From Candidatus Woesearchaeota archaeon (GTDB taxonomy: Archaea; Nanobdellota; Nanobdellia; Woesearchaeales; JABGUJ01), in assembly GCA_018646625.1 (NCBI GenBank), contig JABGUJ010000002.1, forward strand, positions 288,843 to 352,842: 64,000 nt of DNA. Direction: 5' to 3'. Of this stretch, positions 9,585 through 18,916 are shown one piece after another. Made by a program: the position numbers and the translations under genes. Each line of letters starts with the position of its first letter. Position 1 is the stretch's first letter. The notes under the pieces were generated by a model. The model searched no databases, had not been told where the DNA came from, and saw only the letters and a program-made list of their open reading frames with translations.

Positions 9585-10027
9585 TGTAAAGTTCTTGAAG
9601 GTTGAGGATGTAGGTGTGCAGTGATGCGCGGTTCTTCAGCTGCTGCGCCATCATATTTGAATACTTTTGCAGCAACCCCCTTGATTTCGGTCATACTTTG
9701 TTCTCTAGAGGGTTCGTCTTTATGATGTATTAAATTCCCAAGACTTCCTGCGTAAGCAACCAGTATTTTAAACACAGGAACTGCTAAGTGGTTGAACTGA
9801 GGAGGCATTGCTGTTTCAGTGAAGAAATAGTATATATTGTCTGTGACTCCTTTAGTTAAATCTTCTAGCGTACCAGTGAATGCTTGGTAGAAGCACCGGT
9901 CTAGTTGGACTCTTGCTCTTGGAACTACACGGGCCAAAAGAAATTCTAGTTTTGACTCAACTACATCCGGAGCAAGGTCTACACTTTCATCAAGAGTTAT
10001 GTAATCATGTGGAACTCGATACGCCAT
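9581..10027 (-). CDS. Hypothetical protein
   Basis: 148-aa ORF filling the gap, TATA-like sequence upstream, no recognised motif. Confidence 0.55.
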   Translation of the reverse strand: MAYRVPHDYITLDESVDLAPDVVESKLEFLLARVVPRARVQLDRCFYQAFTGTLEDLTKGVTDNIYYFFTETAMPPQFNHLAVPVFKILVAYAGSLGNLIHHKDEPSREQSMTEIKGVAAKVFKYDGAAAEEPRITAHLHPQPSRTLH

Positions 10028-10161
10028 CAGGCACCACTACTATGTAGTTATTTAATAACATTTCGTTTTGCAAAAACTAGAATTTTTTCAAACTTCTGAC
10101 ACCAATACAGATCCAAACACTTTATAAATATGCAAAAATGGGTTGATGTGGGTGATAAAAT

Positions 10162-10323
10162 ATGGCAGCAACTCCAAAAGCTCCAAAGAAAATGAAAATT
10201 GATTATAACATCGATAGAGGTATTTATGACGATTTTGTCAAAACATGTTCACGTAAAGGATATGCACCAAATATTATAGTTGAAAGAATTATGAAAAAAT
10301 ATGCAGAAACAGGACAAATGTAA
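10162..10323 (+). CDS. Small ribbon-helix-helix-like protein (53 aa, not in ORF track)
   Basis: MAATPKAPKKMKIDYNIDRGIYDDFVKTCSRKGYAPNIIVERIMKKYAETGQM; GGTGA SD and TTTATAAATA TATA box upstream. Confidence 0.7.
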   Translation: MAATPKAPKKMKIDYNIDRGIYDDFVKTCSRKGYAPNIIVERIMKKYAETGQM

Positions 10324-10336
10324 TATTTGTGTTTTT

Positions 10337-11104
10337 TTATTTTGCAAGAACTAGAATAAAACAGTAAGGCACAGAAAGAGGTTCTGTAAAAGAGTTAGAT
10401 AATTCATTTAAGTCTTTGATTAGATTGGTTCTTTTATCGTCTGGAAGTTTTTGAACCCAGCCGTAAGAAGTTACAAGATCAATATAGTTTTGTAATGTGT
10501 AATCAAAGTTAACTTCATAAGTTTTAATGTCTACAGAAGCGAATAGATCAGACTTTTTTAGATCATTGTAATCTTTGTCGGCAGTTTCTTTTACTAAAGA
10601 TCCAGCCGGGCCTCGGTTAACTCCATCGTATTTATCTAGGATTTTACTAACGGCCATGACAAACTCAGACTTTTCTTTTTGTTGATAAGACCAGAATAAA
10701 GCGAGAGTTCCATTCTCTTTTAAGATCCTGTGAACTTTATTGTAGCGATTTTTAGAAGAAACCCAATGCCACGCCATTCCAGAAACAATAAGGTCAAAAG
10801 TGTTTTCTGCCAACTCGGCGTCTTCAAAAGTTCCAACCTTGAAATCAGCGTTAGGACACTTTTCTTTTGCAACATCAATCATTTGTTGACTAATGTCCAG
10901 TCCGGTTACTTTGAATTGTTTTTGTACTAAAGGCAGAGTAGCTTGACCTGTGCCACAGCCTATGTCGAGTATTGTCCCCTTCGGTTTAATATTTGAGAAA
11001 TCAATAATATCAGCAATAAGTTGTTCAGGATAAGTTATCCTTGCAGCATCATATAGCACGCTAATGTTCCCAAAAGCTTTGCCTTCTTCAGGATTTAGTG
11101 TCAT
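10337..11104 (-). CDS. Class I SAM-dependent methyltransferase
   Basis: YD.AR..YP, ILDIGCGTGQAT, FDLIVSGMAWHW. Confidence 0.88.
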   Translation of the reverse strand: MTLNPEEGKAFGNISVLYDAARITYPEQLIADIIDFSNIKPKGTILDIGCGTGQATLPLVQKQFKVTGLDISQQMIDVAKEKCPNADFKVGTFEDAELAENTFDLIVSGMAWHWVSSKNRYNKVHRILKENGTLALFWSYQQKEKSEFVMAVSKILDKYDGVNRGPAGSLVKETADKDYNDLKKSDLFASVDIKTYEVNFDYTLQNYIDLVTSYGWVQKLPDDKRTNLIKDLNELSNSFTEPLSVPYCFILVLAK

Positions 11105-11116
11105 TTTAAGAAAAGG

Positions 11117-11235
11117 TGCCGCCGGGGAGACTTGAACTCCCGACTTCCGGATTGCTCAAATACTTAGTCATTGCCCGAAGGCTCCTCACTCATATTTTAT
11201 GAGTCCGGTGCTCTAACCAATTAAACTACGGCGGC
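11117..11235 (-). tRNA. tRNA-Met(CAT), elongator type, with 45-nt intron at 37/38 (11153-11197)
   Basis: GCCGCCG/CGGCGGC+A; CCGGA-CTCATA[intron]A-TCCGG; T arm GGGAG-TTCAAGT-CTCCC; BHB helix CTCA/TGAG. Met versus Ile2 is judged from stem sequence only. Confidence 0.9.
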
Positions 11236-11321
11236 ATTAAGCTCTGGTGAGAAGCGGGTAATTTATAAAGGTTTTTATAGGCGTTCTTCGCCACTGTGAC
11301 GTAACAAACTATTTAAATGAG

Positions 11322-12779
11322 ATGGTTCATACTTTTCAAATGAAACTTCAATTAGTGCTTCCACAAGAGGAAAATTATCAACCGCTAAACGAAGGTTGGT
11401 GGCTGCCTTTAGGTCTGACTAGCATAGGTACGTCAGTTAAAGCATCGCATCCAGATGTGGAGGTCGAGATTCTAGATGGGAGACATGTTCCAAATGATGA
11501 GATTTCTAATAGACTTGATGGCGATATTGTAGGGTTTGGTCCTTCAGTAACTAGTTACGTACCTGCATTAAGAATGGCTAAAGAATTGAAAGAAAAATCT
11601 CCAAGTTCTCTTGTTGTTTTTGGAGGTCCGTATGTAACGCCCATGTCTGGAACAATACTTATGAGACGTTCGTTCATAGATGGAATTGTTGCGATGGATG
11701 GTGAAGAGTCTTTAGAGAAGATTGTGGCTGGAGGACTTTCCGGAGAAGTTCCAAATCTTACTTTTGGTGGAGAATTAATTTCAGAAGATCTTCAAGCTCA
11801 TGCCAGAGAACGAGGACTTGATATTGTAAGAGGCCCGGTGAGAAAAACTCCACGTCGAATGATAAGAGTAAAAGATGCACCATTTCCAGATATCTCATTA
11901 CTTCCCGATCTAGAAAAATATTGGCAAGATTTTTGGAGAACATATCCTCAACATGATGGAAAAGGAATAATTGCGACTGCTGCACAGAGAGGATGTACAT
12001 ATAGAGCAAGAAAAGGTGGAGGTTGTTTCTTTTGTAGTAGAGTTGATAATAAGTACAGAGTAACAGATCCTAAAGAGTACGCAGAATATGTTAAGTTACT
12101 TGAGGGGAAATTTGGTGCTAATATTATTGAGGAAAGTTCAGATGATCTAGTTGCAAATAAGAATTGGTTAAGGAGATTTGCAGATGCTTATGAAGAGTTA
12201 GGATTGACTGTTGAATATAGACTATTTGGACGGGCAGATAAAATAGATGAAGAAACAATTTCATTATTAAAACGCATCAGAGCGCAAAGCGTATTTGTAG
12301 GATATGAATCGGGAGATGAAGATATGCTGAAAGTATGTAATAAGAGTTTGTCCCTTGATAGAGCCAGGCATTCTACAAAGCTTCTTGTTAATGCAGGAAT
12401 AGAAGTTGTTGGTGCATTTATCTTGGGTTTTCCCGGAGAGAGTGAAAGAAGTGTGGATAATACAGTTGGCTTTGCTCAAGAGATGTATGAAATGGGTGTT
12501 GGTACAATAAGTTATGCAATTCTTACACCTTTGCCCCCGTCTCCTGCATGGCAATTTATGCGAGCGCAACCATTAGCCGTATTGCAATCTCGTTTAAGAC
12601 GTGGAGTAACTCTCGGCACAGATTATGGTAATAGTGATGTGCTTGATCCAGTTGAACTTCAACAGGACTTTGTTGGAGCGTTTTGCGAAGTAGAATATGA
12701 TTACTTAACAGATAGATTGAGAGAACTATCAGAAATAAGCGAAGTTGATACAGGAGATTTCGTTCCTTCAGCTAATTAG
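11322..12779 (+). CDS. Cobalamin-binding radical SAM protein
   Basis: PLGL, VVFGGPYVT, DGEE; RGC-x9-CFFC; VFVGYESGD; FILGFPGES. Confidence 0.85.
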   Translation: MVHTFQMKLQLVLPQEENYQPLNEGWWLPLGLTSIGTSVKASHPDVEVEILDGRHVPNDEISNRLDGDIVGFGPSVTSYVPALRMAKELKEKSPSSLVVFGGPYVTPMSGTILMRRSFIDGIVAMDGEESLEKIVAGGLSGEVPNLTFGGELISEDLQAHARERGLDIVRGPVRKTPRRMIRVKDAPFPDISLLPDLEKYWQDFWRTYPQHDGKGIIATAAQRGCTYRARKGGGCFFCSRVDNKYRVTDPKEYAEYVKLLEGKFGANIIEESSDDLVANKNWLRRFADAYEELGLTVEYRLFGRADKIDEETISLLKRIRAQSVFVGYESGDEDMLKVCNKSLSLDRARHSTKLLVNAGIEVVGAFILGFPGESERSVDNTVGFAQEMYEMGVGTISYAILTPLPPSPAWQFMRAQPLAVLQSRLRRGVTLGTDYGNSDVLDPVELQQDFVGAFCEVEYDYLTDRLRELSEISEVDTGDFVPSAN

Positions 12780-13168
12780 AGATTACTTGCTATCTTCTCT
12801 TTGAATTCATTCATTTCGCCTTCTTTATAATCATGTTGTGGCCAGAATTCTAAACCATCATCTTTGTGCCTAGGTATTAGATGTATATGTGCGTGATCGA
12901 TATCCACACCCATAACAGTAACATTAACATAATGACAGTTGGTTGCCTCCTTAACAGCAGAACCAACTTTTTGTACTGCACCCATCATTTCACCAAGAAG
13001 TTCAGGAGGCATAACCCAAATGTTTTTGTGATGGTCTTTAGGAATAACAAGAACATGTCCATTGTTAACTGGCCTTATTTCTAGAAAAGCAAGAAACTTA
13101 TCATCTTCATATACTTTTGCGGAGGGTATTTCTCCGTTAATTATTTTACAAAAAATACAATCATCCAT
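12776..13168 (-). CDS. HIT family hydrolase
   Basis: DCIFCKII.GEIP, GHVLVIPK, HAHIHLIPR. Confidence 0.93.
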   Translation of the reverse strand: MDDCIFCKIINGEIPSAKVYEDDKFLAFLEIRPVNNGHVLVIPKDHHKNIWVMPPELLGEMMGAVQKVGSAVKEATNCHYVNVTVMGVDIDHAHIHLIPRHKDDGLEFWPQHDYKEGEMNEFKEKIASNL

Positions 13169-13174
13169 TTTGTT

Positions 13175-13942
13175 TCACCTCATAAATCGATTGAACCAAG
13201 AGAAAGTTAAAGATATAATTTCTTCTCGGTTTTGTTCAGCAGTAAAGTCATGATTAGCACCTTCAATAAGTTTCAAGTCTTTTGGAAGGTTTGAATCGCG
13301 CAACAGTTCTCGGGCACTAAGCGGAGGAACGCGCCTGTCAGATGCTCCATGAACAATAAGTAAAGGGCAGTTTAATTGTTTAGCATATTCTAAAACTTCA
13401 TACTTCTCCGCATCATCTAAAAAATGTTTGTTAAGTTTATTACCGTTAATGAACGTCGAACCGGTTTTTCTCCATTGCAACATTTCCGTATCAGATAAAT
13501 ATGAATCAATTAGTTGATTAATGTGTGCGGTGGCGTTTAATGTAACTATCGCTCTCACGTTTTGGTTGTCAATACAAGACATGATTGCAACAGAACCGCC
13601 TAAGCTGTGACCTAAGACCCCAATTTTCGATGAGTCTACAGATCCTTCATCTAACATAAACTTAATTGCAGACTTTAAGTCATCAATTTGTTTTGTTACC
13701 GTTGCGTCCTCTGTATCTCCTTCACTAGTTCCGTGATGAGAGAAGTCAAACCTTAAAGTTACAAATCCTTTTTTTGTTAAGGTTGTTGCTAAATAATTAA
13801 TCAAGATATGATCTTTATGATTCATGAAACCGTGACAGATGATTATTGCAGGTAAGTTCTGTGCATTTTCGTAAGGAAAACGCAATACGCCATGCAACCT
13901 CATTCCTTTGCTGTTATCGAAGAAAACTTCTTCTTGTATCAT
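13175..13942 (-). CDS. Alpha/beta hydrolase
   Basis: HGF, RFDF..HG.SEG, GHSLG nucleophile elbow, HG..D..VP, GANH. Confidence 0.9.
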   Translation of the reverse strand: MIQEEVFFDNSKGMRLHGVLRFPYENAQNLPAIIICHGFMNHKDHILINYLATTLTKKGFVTLRFDFSHHGTSEGDTEDATVTKQIDDLKSAIKFMLDEGSVDSSKIGVLGHSLGGSVAIMSCIDNQNVRAIVTLNATAHINQLIDSYLSDTEMLQWRKTGSTFINGNKLNKHFLDDAEKYEVLEYAKQLNCPLLIVHGASDRRVPPLSARELLRDSNLPKDLKLIEGANHDFTAEQNREEIISLTFSWFNRFMR

Positions 13943-13944
13943 TG

Positions 13945-15129
13945 TTAATCAAAGAAAAGTTCTGCATTTTTTTCTAATGCAGCAATCGCAGGTAGAGTTT
14001 TTCCTTCTAACATTGTGATGGATGCCCCGCCTGCAGTGGATACGAATGAAATCTTATCTTTTACTCCTGCGTTGTCAATTACAGCAGCAGTATCACCACC
14101 GCCCGCAATCGTTTTTGCATTTATTTCAGCAAGTTTTTTTGCTATCGCCATAGAGCTACGGTCAAAAGGAGTTTTTTCAAATAATCCTAGTGGTCCGTTC
14201 CAGATAACTGTTTTCGCATCGTTTAATATTGATTCAAAGTATGCCGTAGACTCATGTCCAATGTCCAATCCAATTTTATCAGGAGGCATAGAGTATATTG
14301 AAACATCAGTGTTGGGAGAATTTTCTTCAGGTGCGTCTGCGACAACAACATCAGAGGGTAAAACAAGTTTATCTCCTCCTTCTTCAAGTAACCGTTTTGC
14401 TTCTTCTACAAAAGTATCATCACAAAGGGATTTTCCAATCTCAAATTCTTGTGCTTTGTAAAATGTAAAGATCATTGCCCCGCCAAGTAAAACTTTGTCG
14501 GCAGTTTGTAAAAAGTGTTTTATCAAAGGAAGTTTAGTTTCTAATTTAACTCCGCCAAGTACAACCATAAGTGGTTTTTTGGGGTTGTCCAGTTGTAGAT
14601 TAGTTACTTCGTTTTCTACAATCAGCCCTACACAACCAGGAATGTGTTTTGGTATGCCAGTCATTGATGCATGGTTCCTATGAGAGTTGGAGAATGCGTC
14701 GTTAACGTAGAAGTCGGCAAGACCTGCAAGTTCTTTTGCAAAGTAATCATCAGCTTCTTCTTCGCGTTTATCAAAGCGTAAATTTTCTAGCATAAGTATC
14801 TGTCCAGGTTGTAAATTAGAAGCAGCTTCCCTAACTTCATGACCAACAACGTGTTCTAAGTAAAGTACTTCTTTATCCAGAAGTTCAGATAATTTTGTTG
14901 AGACGTTTTTGTTTCGTAACTTTTCAACAACTTGACCTTTAGGTCTGTGATTATGAGAAATAATTATTATTGCAGCTTGTTGCTCAAGCAAATATTTTAT
15001 CGTTGGTAGGCCAGCTAATATTCTAGTATCATCGGTAATGTTTCCATCATCATCTAACGGTACATCAAAGCCAGCTCTAAGAATTACCTTCTTTTCTTTA
15101 ACATTTAGATCTTTTAACGTTTTAAACAC
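13945..15129 (-). CDS. pgk: Phosphoglycerate kinase
   Basis: DDTRI, LENLRF, YVNDAF, WNGPLG.FE, GGGDT, STAGGA; start moved to GTG 15129 after GAGGTGA. Confidence 0.95.
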   Translation of the reverse strand: MFKTLKDLNVKEKKVILRAGFDVPLDDDGNITDDTRILAGLPTIKYLLEQQAAIIIISHNHRPKGQVVEKLRNKNVSTKLSELLDKEVLYLEHVVGHEVREAASNLQPGQILMLENLRFDKREEEADDYFAKELAGLADFYVNDAFSNSHRNHASMTGIPKHIPGCVGLIVENEVTNLQLDNPKKPLMVVLGGVKLETKLPLIKHFLQTADKVLLGGAMIFTFYKAQEFEIGKSLCDDTFVEEAKRLLEEGGDKLVLPSDVVVADAPEENSPNTDVSIYSMPPDKIGLDIGHESTAYFESILNDAKTVIWNGPLGLFEKTPFDRSSMAIAKKLAEINAKTIAGGGDTAAVIDNAGVKDKISFVSTAGGASITMLEGKTLPAIAALEKNAELFFD

Positions 15130-15248
15130 AGGATCACCTCTTGAGAACCCTGAAAACTGTAGAATGAGGTGTTTTAAATAGCTTTGGATTACACCAAAAC
15201 CTTTATAAATATAGTTTGGGTTTAACAACTCAGTAGGGGGTAATAATC

Positions 15249-16382
15249 ATGAAAAGGGCATTGACTCTGTTTATAGTTCTTGCATTAGCATTATTTGTAA
15301 TTTCAGGATGTGGTGATTCTTGCGAAAAGCCATACATTCAAGTTGGAGATTCTTGTTGTTTAGACATGAATGATAATTCTATCTGTGATGATGAAGAAGA
15401 GATTCCAGAAGAGGAAGAAATAGTTCCTATAGAAGAACCTGAAGTAGAAGAAGAAGAAGAAGTTGTGGAAGAACAAGTAATAGAAGAACCTGAAGTGGAA
15501 GAAGAAGATGACGTAGTGATTATTACTGAGCCAGAAGAGATTAACGAAACTGAAGAAGAAGTTGAAGAAGGGCCTGAAGTAGTGGAAGAAGCAGAGGAAG
15601 AAGAAACTGAAGATCTTAGTGCAATGGGCAAACACCCTATGTATGTTACTGTTTTCGATATTAAAGATGGTAATGCAGCTTTGATTATAACTCCAAACGA
15701 TAAAGTTGTTATGATTAATGTAGGACCAAAAGGCATTGCAGATTTACTTGGCTATAACTTAAGACATGAGAAAAAGTTAAGTAAAATTGATCATGTGCTA
15801 TTTACAGATTTAGAAGATGATAATGCAGGAGCAATCCAAGAATTGTCTGAAAAGTTTGAGATAGGCCATACATATGATAATGGTGTTACAGGTACTTCAT
15901 CTACAATAAGGATGTATACAGAAACTGTGGCTAATAAAGGCATTCAAAGAGAAGTATTGAACGCAGATAAAGAAATCTATGTTGATCCCTCAATTAAAGT
16001 TGAGTCATTCGTTGTTTATGATTCGGCCAAGAAGATAAAGGGTAAAACAGATAAAATTCTGTATAAGATTACGTTTAGAGATTTTTCAATGTTGTTTACA
16101 GGAGATTGTAAGACAGACACATGTGAGAACTATGTTTTAGAAGCAGACTTAGATTCAGATGTAGTTACTATTCCTGCACACGGTTCAACTAAAGCAAGTT
16201 CTGCAGAGTTTATTAGTGCAGTAGATGCACAAGTAGCGGTTTTGCAAAACGGAGCAGATGCTGGATTGGGTGTGGTAAACGCTTACAAAGATTCCGGAGC
16301 AACAGTATACGATACGTATAAAGAAAAAGAGAACATAGAGCTTACTAGTACAGGAAGTACCTTTACATTTAATGTAAAGTAA
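15249..16382 (+). CDS. Lipoprotein with Glu-rich linker and degenerate ComEC/Rec2-like metallo-beta-lactamase domain
   Basis: ISGC lipobox, CCLD.N.NSICD, acidic linker, then G.A.LI.TP, SMLFTGD, AHGS..ASS.EF; HxHxDH replaced by DLEDDN. Confidence 0.7.
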   Translation: MKRALTLFIVLALALFVISGCGDSCEKPYIQVGDSCCLDMNDNSICDDEEEIPEEEEIVPIEEPEVEEEEEVVEEQVIEEPEVEEEDDVVIITEPEEINETEEEVEEGPEVVEEAEEEETEDLSAMGKHPMYVTVFDIKDGNAALIITPNDKVVMINVGPKGIADLLGYNLRHEKKLSKIDHVLFTDLEDDNAGAIQELSEKFEIGHTYDNGVTGTSSTIRMYTETVANKGIQREVLNADKEIYVDPSIKVESFVVYDSAKKIKGKTDKILYKITFRDFSMLFTGDCKTDTCENYVLEADLDSDVVTIPAHGSTKASSAEFISAVDAQVAVLQNGADAGLGVVNAYKDSGATVYDTYKEKENIELTSTGSTFTFNVK

Positions 16383-16388
16383 GAAAAT

Positions 16389-17417
16389 TTGATTAGGTGG
16401 AAAGAAGTGAGACTTGGTTATACCTTGGTGCTATGGTTGGTGGCTTTGTTAGTAGTCGCTAGCGGATGCACTAATGTTGATTCTTCACTTAATTCTACAG
16501 AAGTTAATGATGATAGTATTCTTACACCTCAAAGACTACCTAGTGATTATTTAGTTGTTAAAGTAAAAGATAAGGTTGTAGAGGATGTACAAGAAGAGAC
16601 TGAGGACGAATTTGAATCAGAGTATGAGTATGAGACGTTTGAAAGATATTCTAGACCTCAGTTGATTATTCATATTTTAGATATTGATTCTGGTTCGGCT
16701 ATATTCATTAGAACTCCTGACGAGAAGGCAATTCTTGTTAATACCGCAGGAGAGTTTGCAGGGGAAAAGGTTGCTAGATTGATAAAAGAGTACGGTTATG
16801 ATAAGTTAGATGCTGTTATCTTATCCGATCATAATGTTGAGAATGTTGGAGGATATCCCGCTTTAGTTGAAGAGATTAAGGTTGAGAGAACGTTCTATAA
16901 TGGTAATTATTACAATACAAAATACTTTAGAAACTTTGTAGATGCTGCTAAAGGGCATAGCTTGAATATGGTTGATAAAGATTTTAGCCTTGAACTTGAT
17001 AGCTTTGTAGATATTGATATTATTATTCCATATGATACAATCCCTTTGAAAACAAGTAAGGTTGATAACATTCTAGTTAGAGTTCGTTATGAGAATTTCT
17101 CTATGTTGATAGCAGGACATTGCTTAGAAGCTTGTGAAAATGTGTTTGTAGAAGAAGGAACTGATGTTAAAGCAAAAGTGATTAGAGTTGCAGAAAGCGG
17201 AAGTAAATATGGTAATACTCCTGCGTTCCTTAACATGGTAGATCCAGAGTACGCAATCATAGAACAAGGAGTGCATGCAAGCATTGATCTTCTTGATTTC
17301 TTAAGAGAAAATGATGTTACTGTTTATGACACAGACAAGAAAAGGGGAGATATTGTGATAACTAGTGATGGTTTAAAGTTTGATTTTAGCTTTCCAGAAT
17401 TTAAAAAAGAAAGATAA
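16389..17417 (+). CDS. Lipoprotein with degenerate ComEC/Rec2-like MBL domain (paralog)
   Basis: ASGC lipobox; IHILDI..GSAIFIRTP, LDAVILSDHNVENVGG, FL..VDPEYAII, YDTD..GDIVITSDG. Confidence 0.7.
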   Translation: MIRWKEVRLGYTLVLWLVALLVVASGCTNVDSSLNSTEVNDDSILTPQRLPSDYLVVKVKDKVVEDVQEETEDEFESEYEYETFERYSRPQLIIHILDIDSGSAIFIRTPDEKAILVNTAGEFAGEKVARLIKEYGYDKLDAVILSDHNVENVGGYPALVEEIKVERTFYNGNYYNTKYFRNFVDAAKGHSLNMVDKDFSLELDSFVDIDIIIPYDTIPLKTSKVDNILVRVRYENFSMLIAGHCLEACENVFVEEGTDVKAKVIRVAESGSKYGNTPAFLNMVDPEYAIIEQGVHASIDLLDFLRENDVTVYDTDKKRGDIVITSDGLKFDFSFPEFKKER

Positions 17418-17420
17418 AAA

Positions 17421-18428
17421 TTAAAACATCTTCTTCAAGACGTCTATCATTCTATATGAGTATCCAAACTCGTTGTCGTACCAGCCAATTACTTTGACGA
17501 ATGTTTTATCCAGGACTTTTGTTAATGCCGAGTCAAAGATGCATGAGTGTGGATTGCTTAAAATATCATGCGAAACAATCGGATCTTCTGTGTATTCCAA
17601 GATTCCATTAAGATGGTGTTCTGCAACGTTTTTGAAAAGAGCATTAATCTGTTCAGGTGTTGCTTCTTTTTTAAGTTCACAAGTTAAGTCTGTAATGGAA
17701 CCATCAACTACGGGAACTCTCATAGCCATGCCATCAAGTTTACCTTTTAGTTCAGGAATAACTTGAGTTACTGCAATAGCTGCGCCAGTTGTTGTTGGTA
17801 CAATGTTTATGGCAGCAGATCTTCCTCTTCTAGGATCTTTATGAGAAGCGTCAACTAATCTTTGATCAGCAGTGTACGCATGAACTGTTGTCATAAGTCC
17901 TCGCTTTACTCCAAAGTTGTCATTCAGTACTTTAATCATTGGAGCTAAACAGTTAGTTGTACAGGATGCATTAGATAGAATAACGTCATGATCTTTGTCA
18001 ATGTCGTGTTCATTTACACCAATCACAATTGTTTTAACTGGTTCTTCGCCTTTTTCACATTTGCAAGGAGCAGAAACAAGAACTTTTTTTGCACCGCCTT
18101 TAAGATGTAGGCTAGCCTTTGCTCTAGTTCTAAAGAAACCAGTACTTTCGACTACTACATCCACGCCGTGTTCTCCCCAAGGTATGTTGGATGGATCTTT
18201 TTCAGAGTAAACTCGTACTTTTTTATCTCCAATAATTATATGATTATCATCATAGCTCACATCACCGTTGAATCTACCATGAGCGCTATCGTACTTTAGC
18301 AAGTATGCTAACTCTTTTGTAGGAGAAAGATCATTTACAGCTACAAAATCAGTATCAGGATCATTTAATCCTGCTTTTAAAACCATTCTTCCAATTCTTC
18401 CAAATCCATTTATTCCAACTTTAATCAT
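17421..18428 (-). CDS. gap: Glyceraldehyde-3-phosphate dehydrogenase, class I (bacterial/eukaryotic type)
   Basis: GINGFGRIGR, NASCTTNCLAP, WYDNEFGYS. Confidence 0.96.
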   Translation of the reverse strand: MIKVGINGFGRIGRMVLKAGLNDPDTDFVAVNDLSPTKELAYLLKYDSAHGRFNGDVSYDDNHIIIGDKKVRVYSEKDPSNIPWGEHGVDVVVESTGFFRTRAKASLHLKGGAKKVLVSAPCKCEKGEEPVKTIVIGVNEHDIDKDHDVILSNASCTTNCLAPMIKVLNDNFGVKRGLMTTVHAYTADQRLVDASHKDPRRGRSAAINIVPTTTGAAIAVTQVIPELKGKLDGMAMRVPVVDGSITDLTCELKKEATPEQINALFKNVAEHHLNGILEYTEDPIVSHDILSNPHSCIFDSALTKVLDKTFVKVIGWYDNEFGYSYRMIDVLKKMF

Positions 18429-18583
18429 GAGATCACCTATAATGTTCGTTTAAAAGTGCGTATAAAAACATTTGTCACTACTTTTGGGAAAATTATAAAT
18501 ACTAGGATATTTCAGTTGTATTGGGTGAGTTAACTGGGTTTACATAGAGTTTACAGAAAATGGAGAGTTGGTGGTGATTATCA

Positions 18584-18916
18584 GTGAATGTAGGAACACT
18601 TGATGCTTTACTTGCTACCGTGGTAGTTGCTGGTTTAGTAGTTAGTTGTGGTGCGAATTCTGATGAACCTGCAAAGCCGAAAGCCGGTATACATACTCCT
18701 GCAATTCAAATGCATGTGGCAGCAGCCATGATGGGAGATCTACAAACTTGTCTCCCATATGCTATTCAGAAGGTTGTACCAGGTTATAAACCAGGCCCAG
18801 GATCTTTTTCAAGATTGTCAAGAGAACAGATGCATAGGATTAGAGAAGAATCTAGAAATTGTCAACACCCTCCAAGGTATGCACAACAACAAAGAAGATA
18901 CGATCGAAATCGTTAA
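18584..18916 (+). CDS. Hypothetical small secreted/lipoprotein
   Basis: Hydrophobic N-terminus ending VSC; GGTGA upstream. Confidence 0.5.
   Translation: MNVGTLDALLATVVVAGLVVSCGANSDEPAKPKAGIHTPAIQMHVAAAMMGDLQTCLPYAIQKVVPGYKPGPGSFSRLSREQMHRIREESRNCQHPPRYAQQQRRYDRNR

Noticed and set aside
15390..15615. GAA-rich repeats including duplicated ATAGAAGAACCTGAAGT
   Set aside because: Explained by the Glu-rich protein linker; the antisense Ser/Phe-rich ORFs are shadows.
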